Positions 1 through 9,603 of a stretch of DNA of 64,000 nt are shown piece by piece. Within the stretch, counting starts at the first letter, position 1; each line of letters begins with the position of its first letter. The position numbers were made by a program, and so were the translations under genes. Under the pieces are notes generated by a model. It was not told where the DNA came from. It did not search any database and saw nothing but the letters and a program-made list of their open reading frames with translations. The stretch is from Candidatus Avelusimicrobium ruminicola (GTDB lineage: Bacteria > Elusimicrobiota > Elusimicrobia > Elusimicrobiales > Elusimicrobiaceae), in NCBI GenBank assembly GCA_902764935.1, contig CACWXQ010000004.1, forward strand, positions 36,562 to 100,561, read 5' to 3'.

Positions 1-47
1 GGAATTTAGTCAAAAAATTTTAGATAGGATGAAACAGGGCAAACCCC

Positions 48-905
48 ATGAAAAAAAATAAACGACGCGTGTTTATCATTACCGGCTTAAGCGGAGCCGG
101 GAAGTCTCAGGCACTCAAGATCTTTGGTGATTTTGGGTTTTATTGCGTGGACAATTTGCCCCTGGCACTGTTTCAAAATTTCATTGATTACGTCACCCAC
201 AGCACGGAATATGGAAATATTGCCCTGGGTATTGATATGCGCGCCGGCGATCGCCTAAAAGATTTACCTAATTTAGTAAAAACTATTAAAAACCAAGCCT
301 TTGATATTAAAGTCATTTTCCTGGATGCATCAGACGAGTGCTTAATCCGCCGATTTTCAGAGACCAAACACCGCCATCCTATTCACAAAAAATTAGCCGC
401 CGCTATCGCACACGAACGCGGGGCGCTGCGCGGCATACGCACCATGGCCGACAAGGTCATTGATACAAGCGACCTCAAATTGGGCGAATTGAAAGAGAAA
501 CTTTCTATTTTGCTCAACTCCAAACGTACGGACGATATGCAAATTTCCGTAGTATCTTTCGGCTTCAAAAACGGTATCCTCAAAGATTGCGATATTGTCA
601 TGGATGTGCGGTTTTTGCCTAACCCCTATTACGTGCCCGCACTTAAAAACAAAACCGGGTTAGACAAGCCGGTTCAAGATTATATTTCCTCGTTCAAAGA
701 AACACAGGAATTTGCGACCAAATTTACCAGTTTAGTAAAATACTTAATCCCTAAATACATCAAAGAAGGGAAAAGTTATTTAACTATTGCCATGGGATGC
801 ACCGGCGGGAAACACCGCAGTGTTTTCATGGCGCACGAACTGGCAAAACGGTTGAACGAAGCAGGGCTTACTGCCTCGGAATTTCACAGGGATATAGGAC
901 TCTAA
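48..905 (+). CDS. rapZ: RNase adapter / nucleotide-binding protein RapZ (YhbJ family)
   Basis: 285 aa. N-terminal Walker [11 protein letters not shown] and C-terminal [10 protein letters not shown] motif typical of RapZ/YvcJ. Confidence 0.9.
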   Translation: MKKNKRRVFIITGLSGAGKSQALKIFGDFGFYCVDNLPLALFQNFIDYVTHSTEYGNIALGIDMRAGDRLKDLPNLVKTIKNQAFDIKVIFLDASDECLIRRFSETKHRHPIHKKLAAAIAHERGALRGIRTMADKVIDTSDLKLGELKEKLSILLNSKRTDDMQISVVSFGFKNGILKDCDIVMDVRFLPNPYYVPALKNKTGLDKPVQDYISSFKETQEFATKFTSLVKYLIPKYIKEGKSYLTIAMGCTGGKHRSVFMAHELAKRLNEAGLTASEFHRDIGL

Positions 906-907
906 TT

Positions 908-1315
908 ATGGTAAAAATTATTTTAGTTACACACGGCCAACTGGCCAAAGAAATGCTGGAAACCGCCGGACTGATTATCGGCAAACCGGCAGATGACGGC
1001 TTTGAGACTTTTGCGGTTACCACGGCCGCCTCAGTAGAAAAAGAAGCCGCCAAACTTAAAAAAGTGTTGGAAACTTGCGAAGACGGTGCTATTATTTTAA
1101 CGGATATTTTTGGCGGAAGTGCCACGAATATTTCCCTCACCGCTAGCAAAGATTTATCCAACTGTCACGTCATTACCGGCTTAAATTTAAGCATGCTGCT
1201 TACGGCCATTAACAGCCGCAGAAAATTAAAAGCCAAAGAACTGGCAGAAAAAATTGAGGCCGACGGCAAACGCGCGGTGATCAACGCAACGGAACTTTTG
1301 ATTAAGGGGCTATAA
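908..1315 (+). CDS. PTS mannose-family EIIA component
   Basis: MVKIILVTHGQLA with the phospho-His motif VTHG. The ATG at 908 lies 2 nt after the rapZ stop. The ORF-track start at 797 overlaps rapZ and is rejected. Confidence 0.8.
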   Translation: MVKIILVTHGQLAKEMLETAGLIIGKPADDGFETFAVTTAASVEKEAAKLKKVLETCEDGAIILTDIFGGSATNISLTASKDLSNCHVITGLNLSMLLTAINSRRKLKAKELAEKIEADGKRAVINATELLIKGL

Positions 1316-1782
1316 TGCCAATTATTTTTGCGCGGGTAGATGATCGGTTGATCCACGGGCAAATTGTACAAGCCTGGTTACCCGAATTGAACGTAGACGA
1401 AGTAGTTATTCCCTGTGCTAAAGGCAGGGCGTCCTCGCTTAATGAAATGCTGCTGCGCCTTAGTTTGCCTTACGAATATGCCCTTACCATTTTAGATTCC
1501 CACAAAGCAGTACAGTATGCCCGCAATTCTAAAAAGCGTATTTTTCTGCTTATGAGCACCTTACAAGAAATGGCTGACCTTATTGAAGACGGTTTGCAAA
1601 TAAAGTCTATCAATATCGGCGGGATGCATTTCAAAGAAAATGCCCAAAAACTGGCCGAAAACGTATTTTTAGATAAGCAAGATAAGCACTTACTTAAAAT
1701 CATTGACGGGCTTGGCATCCGCATTGAAACGCGCGCCGTTCCCAATGCCACCTCTATTACCGTTACGGAGGCCCTTCAATGA
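1315..1782 (+). CDS. PTS mannose/sorbose-family EIIB component
   Basis: N-terminal RVDDRLIHGQ phospho-His motif. TAATG overlap with EIIA. Confidence 0.85.
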   Translation: MPIIFARVDDRLIHGQIVQAWLPELNVDEVVIPCAKGRASSLNEMLLRLSLPYEYALTILDSHKAVQYARNSKKRIFLLMSTLQEMADLIEDGLQIKSINIGGMHFKENAQKLAENVFLDKQDKHLLKIIDGLGIRIETRAVPNATSITVTEALQ

Positions 1783-2381
1783 CACAGATATTGCTTATTT
1801 GTATCGTGGGCGCGTTATTGGAATTGGACACTACCTATGCATTCCAATTTACCCTCTCACGCGGCATTATTGCCGGGCCGCTACTCTCCCTAATTACGGG
1901 AGATCTTATGACCGGTTTACAAATAGGCATTTTTACGGAACTTATTTTCATTGATATTAGTCCTTTAGGGGGGTTACTTCCGCCCAGCGGCGCGGTCTGT
2001 TGCACCCTTACACTGGCACTATGTAGTGTAGGCTTGCCGCCGTACTTTGCCTTCTTTTTCGGCGTGATTGGCGCGGTGTTGTTTTCGGTCTGCGAAGTGT
2101 TAGTGCGCAAAAGTCGCTCCGGGTGGTTAATGCGCCAAGAACCGCTTATTTTGCAACGTCCCCCCTATCTTTCTTTTGTCGTGGTAAAAGCGCTGGGAAT
2201 CTCTTTTATTATGACGTTGGCTTACTTGCTATTTTATAGTACTGTAATGGGTAGTTCGCTGGCGCGGTTATTGCCCTTTATTCCTGAGAAATTACACTTG
2301 GCCAGCAAATTTGCTTATATGGCTGTACCGTGGATTGGCTTAGCCACGTTAGTTTCCACATTTAGGCTTAAAACGAGGTAA
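1779..2381 (+). CDS. PTS mannose-family EIIC component (short, 200 aa)
   Basis: Polytopic membrane protein. The N-terminal LELD..FQF..GIIAGPLL..GD..TG..IG..ELI pattern resembles ManY. ATGA overlap with EIIB. Confidence 0.7.
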   Translation: MTQILLICIVGALLELDTTYAFQFTLSRGIIAGPLLSLITGDLMTGLQIGIFTELIFIDISPLGGLLPPSGAVCCTLTLALCSVGLPPYFAFFFGVIGAVLFSVCEVLVRKSRSGWLMRQEPLILQRPPYLSFVVVKALGISFIMTLAYLLFYSTVMGSSLARLLPFIPEKLHLASKFAYMAVPWIGLATLVSTFRLKTR

Positions 2382-2383
2382 CT

Positions 2384-3205
2384 ATGACACACTGGTTGCA
2401 GTGGCAATTATTCTGGCGTTCTTTTTTCCTGCAAACAGGATGGAATTTTGCCAAATACCAAAATTTGGGGTTGGCTTTTGTCATGACGCCTTTCCTAAAA
2501 ACCGTCTATAAGCAAAAAAAAGATTTACCCTCCGTGCTGGAAAGATATTTAGAAGGGTTTAACACACAGCCGATGATGGCGTCCTTTTGTTTTGGCGCGC
2601 TGGCCCGGCAAGAAGAACGCATGGCCAAAGCCAAAACATTGGCGGAATACCGCGAACGTTTGAGCGAGTGGAATAGCCTAAAGCGCAGTTTATCTATTAC
2701 TACAGCCTCTCTGGGAGACCGTTTATTTTGGGGCACCTTGAAGCCTTTTACCCTGCTACTTGCTTTATTTATTTGGCTGGCACTTAATATCAATTTCTTT
2801 GAACCGGTTCCCCAGCAAACCCTGGCCCCTATGGAAGTGTTTGGCGCGTGCATTGTGGCGTTCTTGGCATTTAATGCGGTGGCCTTATTTGTAAAGTGGA
2901 AAGGCATTTCACTGGGGTATGATGCTCCCAACAATGGCTGTTTTGGGCTCACCCAGTTTGACTGGAACAAAACCATCTATAATACCAAATTGTTTGGTAT
3001 GCTACTGGCTATGGGGCTTTTATTAGGGGGGCTTTATTATTTCTTGCATGATTTGGAACTATTTTTAGGGTTAAAATTCATCACGCGTGCCATTATTGTA
3101 CTTTTCTTTGTGAGCATTAGTTTAATGACCCGGGACCTACGCATCCCCAATATGTACTTATATATGGCAGCCATGTTGATATTTAATATTGTGTATTTAT
3201 TTTAG
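2384..3205 (+). CDS. PTS mannose-family EIID component
   Basis: FLQTGWNFAKYQNLG and LEGFNTQP motifs match the ManZ family. Membrane protein. Confidence 0.8.
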   Translation: MTHWLQWQLFWRSFFLQTGWNFAKYQNLGLAFVMTPFLKTVYKQKKDLPSVLERYLEGFNTQPMMASFCFGALARQEERMAKAKTLAEYRERLSEWNSLKRSLSITTASLGDRLFWGTLKPFTLLLALFIWLALNINFFEPVPQQTLAPMEVFGACIVAFLAFNAVALFVKWKGISLGYDAPNNGCFGLTQFDWNKTIYNTKLFGMLLAMGLLLGGLYYFLHDLELFLGLKFITRAIIVLFFVSISLMTRDLRIPNMYLYMAAMLIFNIVYLF

Positions 3206-3208
3206 TGT

Positions 3209-3478
3209 ATGATAGAAAAAGAGTTAACGATTCTTAATCGCCTAGGTTTACATGCGCGCCCCGCTGCCCAGATTGCCCAAACAGCAGCCGGGTTTGAGTG
3301 CGATATAGAACTCACAAAAGATGACGTAACCATTAACGCCAAAAGTATTATGGGCGTAATGATGTTGGCCGCCGAATTTGGATCCAAAGTGCGTGTAAGC
3401 GCCAAGGGAAAGGATGAAACCCAGGCCCTGGCCGCCCTAGAAAAATTATTTAACGACAAATTTAATGAGGAGTTTTAA
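3209..3478 (+). CDS. ptsH: Phosphocarrier protein HPr
   Basis: 89 aa. GLHARPA active-site His15 motif and a KSIMGVM region. Confidence 0.9.
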   Translation: MIEKELTILNRLGLHARPAAQIAQTAAGFECDIELTKDDVTINAKSIMGVMMLAAEFGSKVRVSAKGKDETQALAALEKLFNDKFNEEF

Positions 3479-3486
3479 CCAAAGTT

Positions 3487-5226
3487 ATGCTAGTGCTTAA
3501 AGGAATCCCCGCCAGCCCCGGCGTTGCCATTGGCCGCGCAGTCGTTGTGCCGGGCGAAAACTTAACCACCAACAAGCATTATATTTCCTCCGGCTCGGTG
3601 GAAGGGGAGTTAAAGAAATTTCAACAAGCCTTGCAAAAATCTATGCTTGAGTTGGATGAATGCGCCCAAAAAGTACGCGACACTTTGGGCGCGGAATATG
3701 CCGGCCTGATGGATACGCATAAACTCATTTTGCAGGATCCTTCCCTAAAAGACGCTGTAATTCATAAAATTCAAACTGACTATTTAACTGCCCGCTCTGC
3801 CATTTCTATTACACTGGAAGAATTAGCCGCTAATTTTGACAAGATTGAGGACCCTTTCTTTAAGGAGCGTCGCAACGATATTTTTGATGCCGGCAAACGC
3901 CTGCTAGCCAATTTGGAAGGCGACAAAAAAGACTTTCTAGCCTCTATTAAACGCCCTTCCTTACTGGTAGCACATGATTTATTTCCTTCGGATACGATTA
4001 GCCTGCCGGAAAAACGAATTTTAGGTTTCTGCACCGATTTAGGCGGCAAAACCAGTCACACGGCCTTGCTAGCCCAAAGCCTCAATATCCCGGCAGTGGT
4101 GGGGTTGTCTACCGCTTCCAAAGACGTATCCAACGGGGACCAACTCATTATTGACGGGGAAAATGGCCTCTTGGTCATCAATCCGGACCGCTACACCTTG
4201 GCTAATTACCGTCAAATCAAGCGGGAAATTAAAAAGACAGAATCGCTATTAAAAACCATTAACCATTTGCCGGTAGTGATGCAAGACGGTCGCCGGGTAC
4301 ACCTCTACGTAAACTACGATCCCCGCACGGATAATAAGTACAACAAAACGCTCATCACTGACGGGCTGGGGTTGCTACGTACCGAATTTTTATTTATGAA
4401 TACGCCCGTGCCGCCCACGGAAGAAGCGCAATATAAGATTTATTTATCCGTAGCCAAACGCTTTGATATGCGCCCGGTTACTATCCGTTTAGCAGACCTG
4501 GGCGCCGACAAAATGCCCGATTTTCCACTAGACGAGTTGGATGATGATGATAACCCGTTTATGGGTTGCCGCGGAGTGCGCCTACTCCTCAAAAACCCGG
4601 ATTTATTATATAGCCAACTGCGCGCCATTGTACGCACGGCATGTGAAGTACCTGCCCAAATTAAAATAATGATCCCTATGGTTTCGTCGGTAGAAGAAGT
4701 GCGCCATGTACGCCATGCGTTTGAACAGGTACTTCGGGAATTTGCAGAAAGAGGAGAAAAACCCCTTAATAAAATTGCGCTGGGAGCCATGATAGAAGTG
4801 CCTGCCGCCGCGATTGCGCTAGACGGGATGATTAACGATCTGGATTTTGTTTCCATCGGCACCAACGATTTAATTCAATATCTGGTAGCGGTGGACCGCG
4901 TCAACCCGGAAGTGGCCCACATGTACGACCCCTGCCACCCGGCGGTAGGCCGCACAATCCACAATATTATTCAAACCGCCCACAAACGGGGCAAAATGGT
5001 TTCTATCTGCGGGGAAATTGCCTCTGACAGCAAAATGTTGCCGCTGTTGTTGGGATGGCAAGTAGACGGCCTTTCCGTAACGCCGCGCATGTATTTGCGC
5101 GTCAAAAATAATATACGCAACTTAAATTTTGAACATTGTTCGGACCTGGCTCAAGCCGCCCTTTTAATGGGAAGTTCAGCCGAGATCAGGAAATTAGTAG
5201 AAGATAATCAGTATGAAAATTCGTAA
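3487..5226 (+). CDS. ptsI: PEP-protein phosphotransferase (PTS Enzyme I)
   Basis: 579 aa. GGKTSHTALLA phospho-His motif, IGTNDLIQY, and C-terminal CGE. Confidence 0.95.
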   Translation: MLVLKGIPASPGVAIGRAVVVPGENLTTNKHYISSGSVEGELKKFQQALQKSMLELDECAQKVRDTLGAEYAGLMDTHKLILQDPSLKDAVIHKIQTDYLTARSAISITLEELAANFDKIEDPFFKERRNDIFDAGKRLLANLEGDKKDFLASIKRPSLLVAHDLFPSDTISLPEKRILGFCTDLGGKTSHTALLAQSLNIPAVVGLSTASKDVSNGDQLIIDGENGLLVINPDRYTLANYRQIKREIKKTESLLKTINHLPVVMQDGRRVHLYVNYDPRTDNKYNKTLITDGLGLLRTEFLFMNTPVPPTEEAQYKIYLSVAKRFDMRPVTIRLADLGADKMPDFPLDELDDDDNPFMGCRGVRLLLKNPDLLYSQLRAIVRTACEVPAQIKIMIPMVSSVEEVRHVRHAFEQVLREFAERGEKPLNKIALGAMIEVPAAAIALDGMINDLDFVSIGTNDLIQYLVAVDRVNPEVAHMYDPCHPAVGRTIHNIIQTAHKRGKMVSICGEIASDSKMLPLLLGWQVDGLSVTPRMYLRVKNNIRNLNFEHCSDLAQAALLMGSSAEIRKLVEDNQYENS

Positions 5227-7042
5227 TTTTTCCATTGTAGCACACATTGACCACGGCAAGACAACGCTTTCTGACCGTATTTTAGAAGACACCGGAACGG
5301 TACCTAAACGCAAAATGCAAGCCCAACTGTTAGACGGTATGGACTTGGAGCGCGAACGCGGCATCACCATCAAGGCCAAAGCCGTACGTATTCAATATAA
5401 GGATTACATCTTAAATTTAATTGATACGCCCGGCCACGTAGATTTTTCTTATGAAGTATCCCGTTCTTTGCGTGCCTGTGAAGGGGTGTTGCTGTTAGTA
5501 GACGCCTCCCAGGGAGTAGAAGCGCAGACCGTGGCCCACGCCCATTTGGCTCAAAGTTTAGGGCTCAAAATTATCCCCGTCATGAACAAAGTGGATTTAT
5601 CTCAATCGGATGCGGATGCTTCCGAAGAGCAACTGTGGGATATTTTGCGCGAACCTATTGAGGCCGAACGCGTGAGCGCTAAAACCGGGGTGGGTATTGA
5701 GCATTTGTTGGACCGAATTGTTACCGATATTCCGGCCCCCAGCGGATCGGCAGAGAAACCCTTGCGCGCGCTAATTTTTGACTCGTATTATGATGCTTTT
5801 CGCGGGGTCATAATGTATATCCGCTTGGTAGACGGCACGCTTAAACCGGGGCAGACCATCCGTTTTATGTCCTCCGGTGCAACGTATAAGGCCGAAGAAA
5901 TCGGCTTTATGACGCCCAAGCAATTACATAAATGCGCGCAACTCAGCGCGGGAGAAGTAGGCTATTTGGCCGCCGGCATTAAAGATATCCACCAAGTAAA
6001 AGTAGGCGACACCGTGACTCTAGCGGACAACCCAGCCACCGAACCGCTTCCCGGATACGAAGATGCCAAACCGGTAGTATTTGCCAGTATCTTTCCCGTA
6101 GAAACGACTGATTTTCCCCTCCTTAGAAAAGCCCTTGAGAAATTGCACCTTTCCGATTCTTCCTTCCAGTACCAAAGCGAAACCTCCAAAGCCTTGGGTT
6201 TTGGGTTCCGTTTGGGGTTTATGGGGATTTTACATATAGAAATTGTAAAAGAGCGTTTGGAGCGCGAATTTAACTTATCTTTAATTGCTACGGCTCCCAA
6301 CGTAGTGTATCACGTAAAATTTACGCCGCGTAAATCGCACTCGCAGGAATTAGCCGCCTTGCCGGAAGCACCAGATGATCCAGGATACAAAATTATTGAT
6401 AACCCGGCCAACTTCCCACCCTACGGGGACATTATTGATATTAAAGAGCCGGTCATCCATATTACCATTGTTACCCCCGTTGAATTTATGGATGGCGTCA
6501 TGACGTTACTGAAAGAAAAACGCGGTACGTTTATGAGTATGGACCACCTTTCCAACCAGCGCGTCATTATTAAGTACGAAATGCCCATGGGCGAAATGGT
6601 GATTGATTTTTATAATAAATTAAAATCGGTCTCTAAAGGCTATGCGTCCTTTGATTATGAAGTAGCCGGTTTTAGAAGTTCCAACGTGGTACTGATGGAG
6701 ATTTTGCTACACGGGACCCCGGTGGACGCCCTTTCTACCGTCGTGCACAAAGACAAAGCACAAACTATAGGCCGCGCCTTGTGTGCTAAATTAAAAGAAC
6801 TAATCGGCCGCCAGCAATTTGAGGTAGCGGTGCAAGCCGCTATTAACGGCAAAGTGATTGCGCGCGAAACAATCCCCGCCTACCGCAAAGACGTAATTGC
6901 CAAGTGTTACGGGGGCGATATTACCCGCAAACGCAAATTGTTGGAAAAACAGAAGGAAGGCAAAAAACGCATGAAATCTATCGGCAGTTTGAACATCCCG
7001 CAAGAAGCCTTTGTGGCTATGCTCAAAATTGACGAGGAGTAA
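5213..7042 (+). CDS. lepA: Elongation factor 4 (LepA)
   Basis: [18 protein letters not shown] and NKVD GTPase motifs. LepA-type C-terminus. 14-nt overlap with ptsI. Confidence 0.95.
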   Translation: MKIRNFSIVAHIDHGKTTLSDRILEDTGTVPKRKMQAQLLDGMDLERERGITIKAKAVRIQYKDYILNLIDTPGHVDFSYEVSRSLRACEGVLLLVDASQGVEAQTVAHAHLAQSLGLKIIPVMNKVDLSQSDADASEEQLWDILREPIEAERVSAKTGVGIEHLLDRIVTDIPAPSGSAEKPLRALIFDSYYDAFRGVIMYIRLVDGTLKPGQTIRFMSSGATYKAEEIGFMTPKQLHKCAQLSAGEVGYLAAGIKDIHQVKVGDTVTLADNPATEPLPGYEDAKPVVFASIFPVETTDFPLLRKALEKLHLSDSSFQYQSETSKALGFGFRLGFMGILHIEIVKERLEREFNLSLIATAPNVVYHVKFTPRKSHSQELAALPEAPDDPGYKIIDNPANFPPYGDIIDIKEPVIHITIVTPVEFMDGVMTLLKEKRGTFMSMDHLSNQRVIIKYEMPMGEMVIDFYNKLKSVSKGYASFDYEVAGFRSSNVVLMEILLHGTPVDALSTVVHKDKAQTIGRALCAKLKELIGRQQFEVAVQAAINGKVIARETIPAYRKDVIAKCYGGDITRKRKLLEKQKEGKKRMKSIGSLNIPQEAFVAMLKIDEE

Positions 7043-7059
7043 TTTGCTAAAATATACCT

Positions 7060-7920
7060 ATGATTTTAGAGGGAAGAACACTAGCCAAACAAATCCGCGA
7101 GCCCTTAGCCAACAGGGCACAGGCCGTTTGCCAAAAAATCGGCCGCCCGATTCGGCTGGCTGCTATCGGTTCTACCGAAGATTACGGAGCCTATGTATAC
7201 CTCAAAAAGGAAGTAGAAGCAGCCCAAAAGATCGGGTTGCAAACGCAAATTTTTGAAGTAAACAATCAAACCCCGGCAGACGATTTTGTGGCATTGGTGA
7301 AACGTTTATCCCAAGATAAAGAAGTGGATGCCATTTTAATTCCGCGTCCCCTTCCTGCCCATTTAGCCGCTACCGATTACGCAGCCTATTTGGCCCCGCA
7401 GAAAGATGTGGACGGTATGTCCAACGTGAATATGGGAAACCTCTTTTTATGCAAAACTTGGGCCGAAATTGAAGCGTTGCCCGGCTTTGTACCTTGTACC
7501 GCGGCCGCCGTTATTAAATTATTGGAATTTCATCATATTGAACTAGCCGGCAAAGAAGTGGCTGTTATCGGCCGTTCCTCTACCGTGGGACGCCCGTTAG
7601 CCCATTTGCTTACGTGCAAAAATGCTACTGTTAAAATTTGCCACCGCCACACAGACCTGCCGCGTGCCGTAAAAGATGCGGATATTGTCTGCTCGGCGGC
7701 CGGTACAGCAGGCCTTTTACAAGCCGCTTGGCTTAAACCCAAGGCCGTAGTGATTGATATTTCTACCAACTGGAGCAACAACCAATTAACCGGAGATGCA
7801 GATCCGGCGGCACTGGCCCAAAGAGGCGTCCACTATTCGCCCGTGCCCGGGGGCGTTGGTCCTGTAACGCTTGCGGTACTTCTAGAAAATATGGTACGCT
7901 CAAAGGAGAGGTTATTATGA
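7060..7920 (+). CDS. folD: Bifunctional methylenetetrahydrofolate dehydrogenase/cyclohydrolase
   Basis: GRSSTVGRPLAHLL and PVPGGVGPVT motifs. 286 aa. Confidence 0.9.
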   Translation: MILEGRTLAKQIREPLANRAQAVCQKIGRPIRLAAIGSTEDYGAYVYLKKEVEAAQKIGLQTQIFEVNNQTPADDFVALVKRLSQDKEVDAILIPRPLPAHLAATDYAAYLAPQKDVDGMSNVNMGNLFLCKTWAEIEALPGFVPCTAAAVIKLLEFHHIELAGKEVAVIGRSSTVGRPLAHLLTCKNATVKICHRHTDLPRAVKDADIVCSAAGTAGLLQAAWLKPKAVVIDISTNWSNNQLTGDADPAALAQRGVHYSPVPGGVGPVTLAVLLENMVRSKERLL

Positions 7921-8342
7921 AAAAAGTCACTTTTATGTGGATTGTATTTGCGTTAGCTACTTTTGTAGCCGCTTGTGCTTCTCAACCTAAACAAGAAGAA
8001 AGCGAACGCTACGCCAAGAAAATTTATTTAACCAAAGAAGATTATATGGAAGATTTGGGCAATACCGCCAGCCAAGAACGCCGGGACTTGCCCCCCAATG
8101 CGGAATCTAAATATATTTTTAACGTAGTCCCTCAGCAAACGGAAGACGTGACCGTGTACTTTTTTGATCAACACCAACAGCCTAAAGTGCCCGGCGAATA
8201 CACCGCCAACGACTACAAAGGCGAAAAACGCTTATGGAAAAAACCCCGCCGCTACACGCCGGAAGAATATTACGGGATGCAAGGCGGCGATAATTCATCC
8301 GGCGGCAACTCTTACGAAGAAAATTCAAGTTATAGTTATTAA
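7917..8342 (+). CDS. Hypothetical lipoprotein
   Basis: Signal peptide with lipobox FVAAC. ATGA overlap with folD. Low-complexity Y/S/N-rich C-terminus. Confidence 0.6.
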   Translation: MKKVTFMWIVFALATFVAACASQPKQEESERYAKKIYLTKEDYMEDLGNTASQERRDLPPNAESKYIFNVVPQQTEDVTVYFFDQHQQPKVPGEYTANDYKGEKRLWKKPRRYTPEEYYGMQGGDNSSGGNSYEENSSYSY

Positions 8343-8344
8343 AA

Positions 8345-8368
8345 ATCCCCGCGCAAGCGGGGTTTTTT
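8345..8368. terminator. Bidirectional rho-independent terminator
   Basis: CCCCGC-GCAA-GCGGGG hairpin (8347-8362) flanked by an A-run and a T-run, between convergent genes. Confidence 0.7.
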
Positions 8369-9062
8369 AATGTCTAAAAACAGTTATATCATCTGTAAAA
8401 ATACCGGCCACCCCTTGCGCCGCCAGTTGCCTTGCCAATTGAACCTCATTTACCGTGTAACAATATATTTTTAACTGATGTGCCCGGCAAATCTCAGCCA
8501 TTTGCGAGGTAAAACGGATATGATTGATGTGCACGCTCTCGGCACCCAAATCCAAGGCTTTTTGCACCTCAAATTGGCGCGTTAATAACCCGATACGCGC
8601 TTGCGGACACAAGGCACGAAGACGCTGCAACGTATCATAATCAAAACTGGAAAATAAAATTTTGTGTGTTAAATGGGGATAATCTTGCAGGAAAGATAAT
8701 AACCGCTTTTCTATTCCAGGATAACAATTCCCATCATTTTTTAATTCTATGTTAAGTAGTTCCAATCCCGGGGAAATTACGGGGAGCACCTCCCGCAAAA
8801 GCGGGATGGTAACTTTGTCGGCACTAAATCGGTTCGTTAGCGGATAATCTATCAAATCGGTACTGGATAAATCTTTTAGCATCACATCGTGCCCCGTAGT
8901 TTGCAAAAGCGTATAGTCATGGTGGATAGCCAACTGGCCGTCCGTTAGCAAGTGAACATCCAATTCGTAATGCGTGGCTCCCTGTTGCTGTGCTAAAGCA
9001 AAGGCGGAAACCGTGTTTTGAACGCGCTGGGTATTGGATCCCCGATGTGCAAAATAAATCAT
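8367..9062 (-). CDS. Glycerophosphodiester phosphodiesterase (GDPD family)
   Basis: FAHRGS...NT..AF...G....ELDV.LT.DG.L.I.HD pattern of the GDPD domain. Confidence 0.8.
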   Translation of the reverse strand: MIYFAHRGSNTQRVQNTVSAFALAQQQGATHYELDVHLLTDGQLAIHHDYTLLQTTGHDVMLKDLSSTDLIDYPLTNRFSADKVTIPLLREVLPVISPGLELLNIELKNDGNCYPGIEKRLLSFLQDYPHLTHKILFSSFDYDTLQRLRALCPQARIGLLTRQFEVQKALDLGAESVHINHIRFTSQMAEICRAHQLKIYCYTVNEVQLARQLAAQGVAGIFTDDITVFRH

Positions 9063-9097
9063 ATCTATAGTGTAAAAAAATACGCTTGCAAAAGCAA

Positions 9098-9125
9098 CGA
9101 GGCCTAACTAAGATGTTAGGCCTCG
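9098..9125 (-). terminator. Hairpin terminator downstream of mscL
   Basis: CGAGGCCTAAC / GTTAGGCCTCG 11-bp stem, 20 nt past the mscL stop. Confidence 0.6.
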
Positions 9126-9144
9126 CTTGAAAGGAAAAATCCTT

Positions 9145-9603
9145 TTATTTGATTTCAGAAGTGCAGTGCGGGCAGCGAGTCGCTTCCAGAGCGATGTCAC
9201 TACAGCAGAAGGGGCACTTCTTGGTAGCCGGGGCGGCCGGGGCCGGAGCGGGTTTATTTAATTTGTTGATGGCTTTAATCAAGATAAAAATACAGAAAGC
9301 CACAATGATAAAACTAATTACCGCATTTAAGAATAACCCTAAGTTCAAGGTCGTAGCACCTGCATCTTGAGCGGCAGCCATGGTGGCAAAATTGCGGGCC
9401 CCATCTTTACCGGCTTTAATGACGATAAACCAGTTGGAAAAATCTACTTTCCCCAATAATAACCCCAAGGGCGGCATCAATACGTCTGCTACCATAGAGT
9501 TGACGATTTTCGTAAACGCGCCACCAATGATGATACCAACAGCCATATCAATCACGTTGCCGCGCATAACGAATTGTTTGAATTCATTTACGATATTTTT
9601 CAT
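9145..9603 (-). CDS. mscL: Large-conductance mechanosensitive channel MscL with C-terminal CxxC...CxxC tail
   Basis: EFKQFVMRGNVIDMAVGIIIGGAF signature and two TM segments. The tail is PAPAPAAPATKKCPFCCSDIALEATRCPHCTSEIK. Confidence 0.85.
   Translation of the reverse strand: MKNIVNEFKQFVMRGNVIDMAVGIIIGGAFTKIVNSMVADVLMPPLGLLLGKVDFSNWFIVIKAGKDGARNFATMAAAQDAGATTLNLGLFLNAVISFIIVAFCIFILIKAINKLNKPAPAPAAPATKKCPFCCSDIALEATRCPHCTSEIK

Noticed and set aside
8367-9062. A Glu to Gln change in the HRG...ENT motif of the GDPD enzyme (VQNT), implying inactivation.
   Set aside because: I cannot align reliably by eye or recall whether this Glu is catalytic. The other motif residues (HRG, ELDV, HHD) are intact.
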